In this document: one piece after another, positions 46,756 through 47,905 of the stretch | Position numbering within the stretch: position 1 is the first letter of the stretch | How the letters are laid out: every line of letters starts with the position of its first letter | Assembly (NCBI GenBank): GCA_964478045.1 | Contig: CAYZHO010000001.1 | Coordinates: 18,658 to 66,562 of the forward strand | Direction of reading: 5' to 3' | DNA from: an uncultured Myxococcales bacterium | Lineage (GTDB): Bacteria; Desulfobacterota; Binatia; UBA1149; SPBQ01 | DNA: 47,905 bases | Translations under genes and position numbers: made by a program | The notes under the pieces: model-generated | What the model was told of the DNA's origin: nothing | The model's input: the letters and a program-made list of their open reading frames with translations, nothing else | The model's database searches: none

Positions 46756-47905
46756 GACGCACCCTCGTTGCCAAGCGTTTCCTCAACCCGGATCACCACC
46801 GGCTTGCCCCGCGTCTCGCGCAGGCGCCCGATACGCGCCAGCGCTCTGTGAAGAGCCGCCTCGCGCGCGCGGTGCGTTCTCAGGACCACCGGAACGGTAC
46901 CCCTTCTGGCGCGTTCGTGCTGCGCCACCGTTGCGATGCTAATCTTCTCGGACGCCAGCACGCTCGCGATTCGAGCCAGAACCCCCGGTCGGTCCGGGAC
47001 CATAACACGGATGTAGTGCTCGTGGTACGTGTCCCCGATCGGCACCACCCGCGCTCGCTCGAGCTGCGCAGCGCTACGTCCATAAGCTGGCACCCGGCTT
47101 GCCTTGCCGTCGACGAGCGTGCGTGCGGCTTCGATCACATCCGCAAGCACGGCCGTTGCCGTCGGCATCATTCCCGCCCCCTGTCCGTAATAGATCGACG
47201 TTCCGAGCGCCTTTCCCCGCAAGCACACCGCATTGAAGGGACCGGAGACCTGGGACAATAGGTGGGAGTTCGGAACCATCGCCGGATGGACCCTCGCCTC
47301 GACGCCGTTGGCCGTGTCCCGAGCAACCGCCAGCAACTTGATCGTGTAACCGAGCTCGCGCGCGTAGGCGATATCGACGGTCGAAATGTGCCGGATTCCC
47401 TCGACGTGGACTGAGCTCGCGCGAATTTTTTTTCCGAATGCCAGGGCGACGAGAATCACCAGTTTGTGCAGGCTATCGTAACCGTCCACGTCGTAGGTGG
47501 GGTCCGCCTCGGCAAGCCCAAGCTGCTGCGCGCGGGCCAAAACGTCGGTAAACTCTCCGGCGCCCTTTGCCATCTCGCTCAAGATGTAGTTGGCCGTTCC
47601 GTTGACAATCCCGTAGACCTCGAGGTTGCGGTCGCCGGCCAGTGCCTCCCGGAGAACACGCAGGATGGGGATGCCGCCGCCCACGCTAGCCTCAAAGCCG
47701 AACGCCACGCCCGCGCGCTCGGCCGCGCGCGCCAGCGCGGGCCCATACTCCGAGAGCAACGCTTTGTTCGCCGTCACGACGCTCTTGCCCGCCGAGATGG
47801 CTTCCTCGATGAAAGAGCGCGCCGGTTCGATGCCACCGATCAGCTCCACCACGATGTCTACCTGCGGATCGGCAATCAGGCGGCGAGCGTCTCGAATCAG
47901 TACCC
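46752..47905 (-). CDS. hom: Homoserine dehydrogenase with C-terminal ACT domain (5' truncated by window edge)
   Basis: Motifs [40 protein letters not shown] and GAG..PTA.AV; ACT motif DRPGVL. Confidence 0.96.
   Translation of the reverse strand, partial: VLIRDARRLIADPQVDIVVELIGGIEPARSFIEEAISAGKSVVTANKALLSEYGPALARAAERAGVAFGFEASVGGGIPILRVLREALAGDRNLEVYGIVNGTANYILSEMAKGAGEFTDVLARAQQLGLAEADPTYDVDGYDSLHKLVILVALAFGKKIRASSVHVEGIRHISTVDIAYARELGYTIKLLAVARDTANGVEARVHPAMVPNSHLLSQVSGPFNAVCLRGKALGTSIYYGQGAGMMPTATAVLADVIEAARTLVDGKASRVPAYGRSAAQLERARVVPIGDTYHEHYIRVMVPDRPGVLARIASVLASEKISIATVAQHERARRGTVPVVLRTHRAREAALHRALARIGRLRETRGKPVVIRVEETLGNEGAS

Overview
A gene-dense, GC-rich (roughly two-thirds G+C by eye) chromosomal segment. 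The gene set suggests a delta-proteobacterial-type organism such as Myxococcota, Desulfobacterota or Binatota (inference). It holds about 40 mostly housekeeping or metabolic CDSs and three tRNAs: Lys-UUU, Glu-UUC and Glu-CUC. Left to right: metF (5'-truncated); three acyl-CoA dehydrogenases; a CitE/HpcH-family lyase; a 1352-aa PAS/GAF histidine kinase with a FixJ-type regulator; an otsAB fusion plus mscS; a METTL20/21-like methyltransferase; a PDZ-less site-2 protease; a FIST protein; a GPH transporter; a PEBP protein; glnS; hemolysin III; a mitochondrial-type aconitase; gltX; a CheY-like receiver; prkA-yeaH-spoVR; ispF; ntrB-ntrC-thiE; and a long minus-strand run hom-thrC-apgM-glpX-icmA-icmB-thiolase-HAD-btuF-like-dnaB. 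I saw no CRISPR array, rRNA, transposase or prophage. The only mobile element is a 366-aa DnaB intein with a degenerate LAGLIDADG nuclease. Four observations stand out. (1) An intact GlpX-fold protein has nearly all catalytic and metal residues substituted, making it a candidate FBP-binding pseudoenzyme in the thr operon. (2) An unannotated pair of translationally coupled small ORFs, with a sigma54-like promoter and a structured spacer, lies upstream of the PDZ-less M50 protease. (3) The apparent methylmalonyl-CoA mutase carries isobutyryl-CoA mutase specificity residues and sits near a signal-less BtuF-like protein. (4) The intein's homing nuclease appears to be decaying. All family assignments rest on motif recognition; no searches were run.
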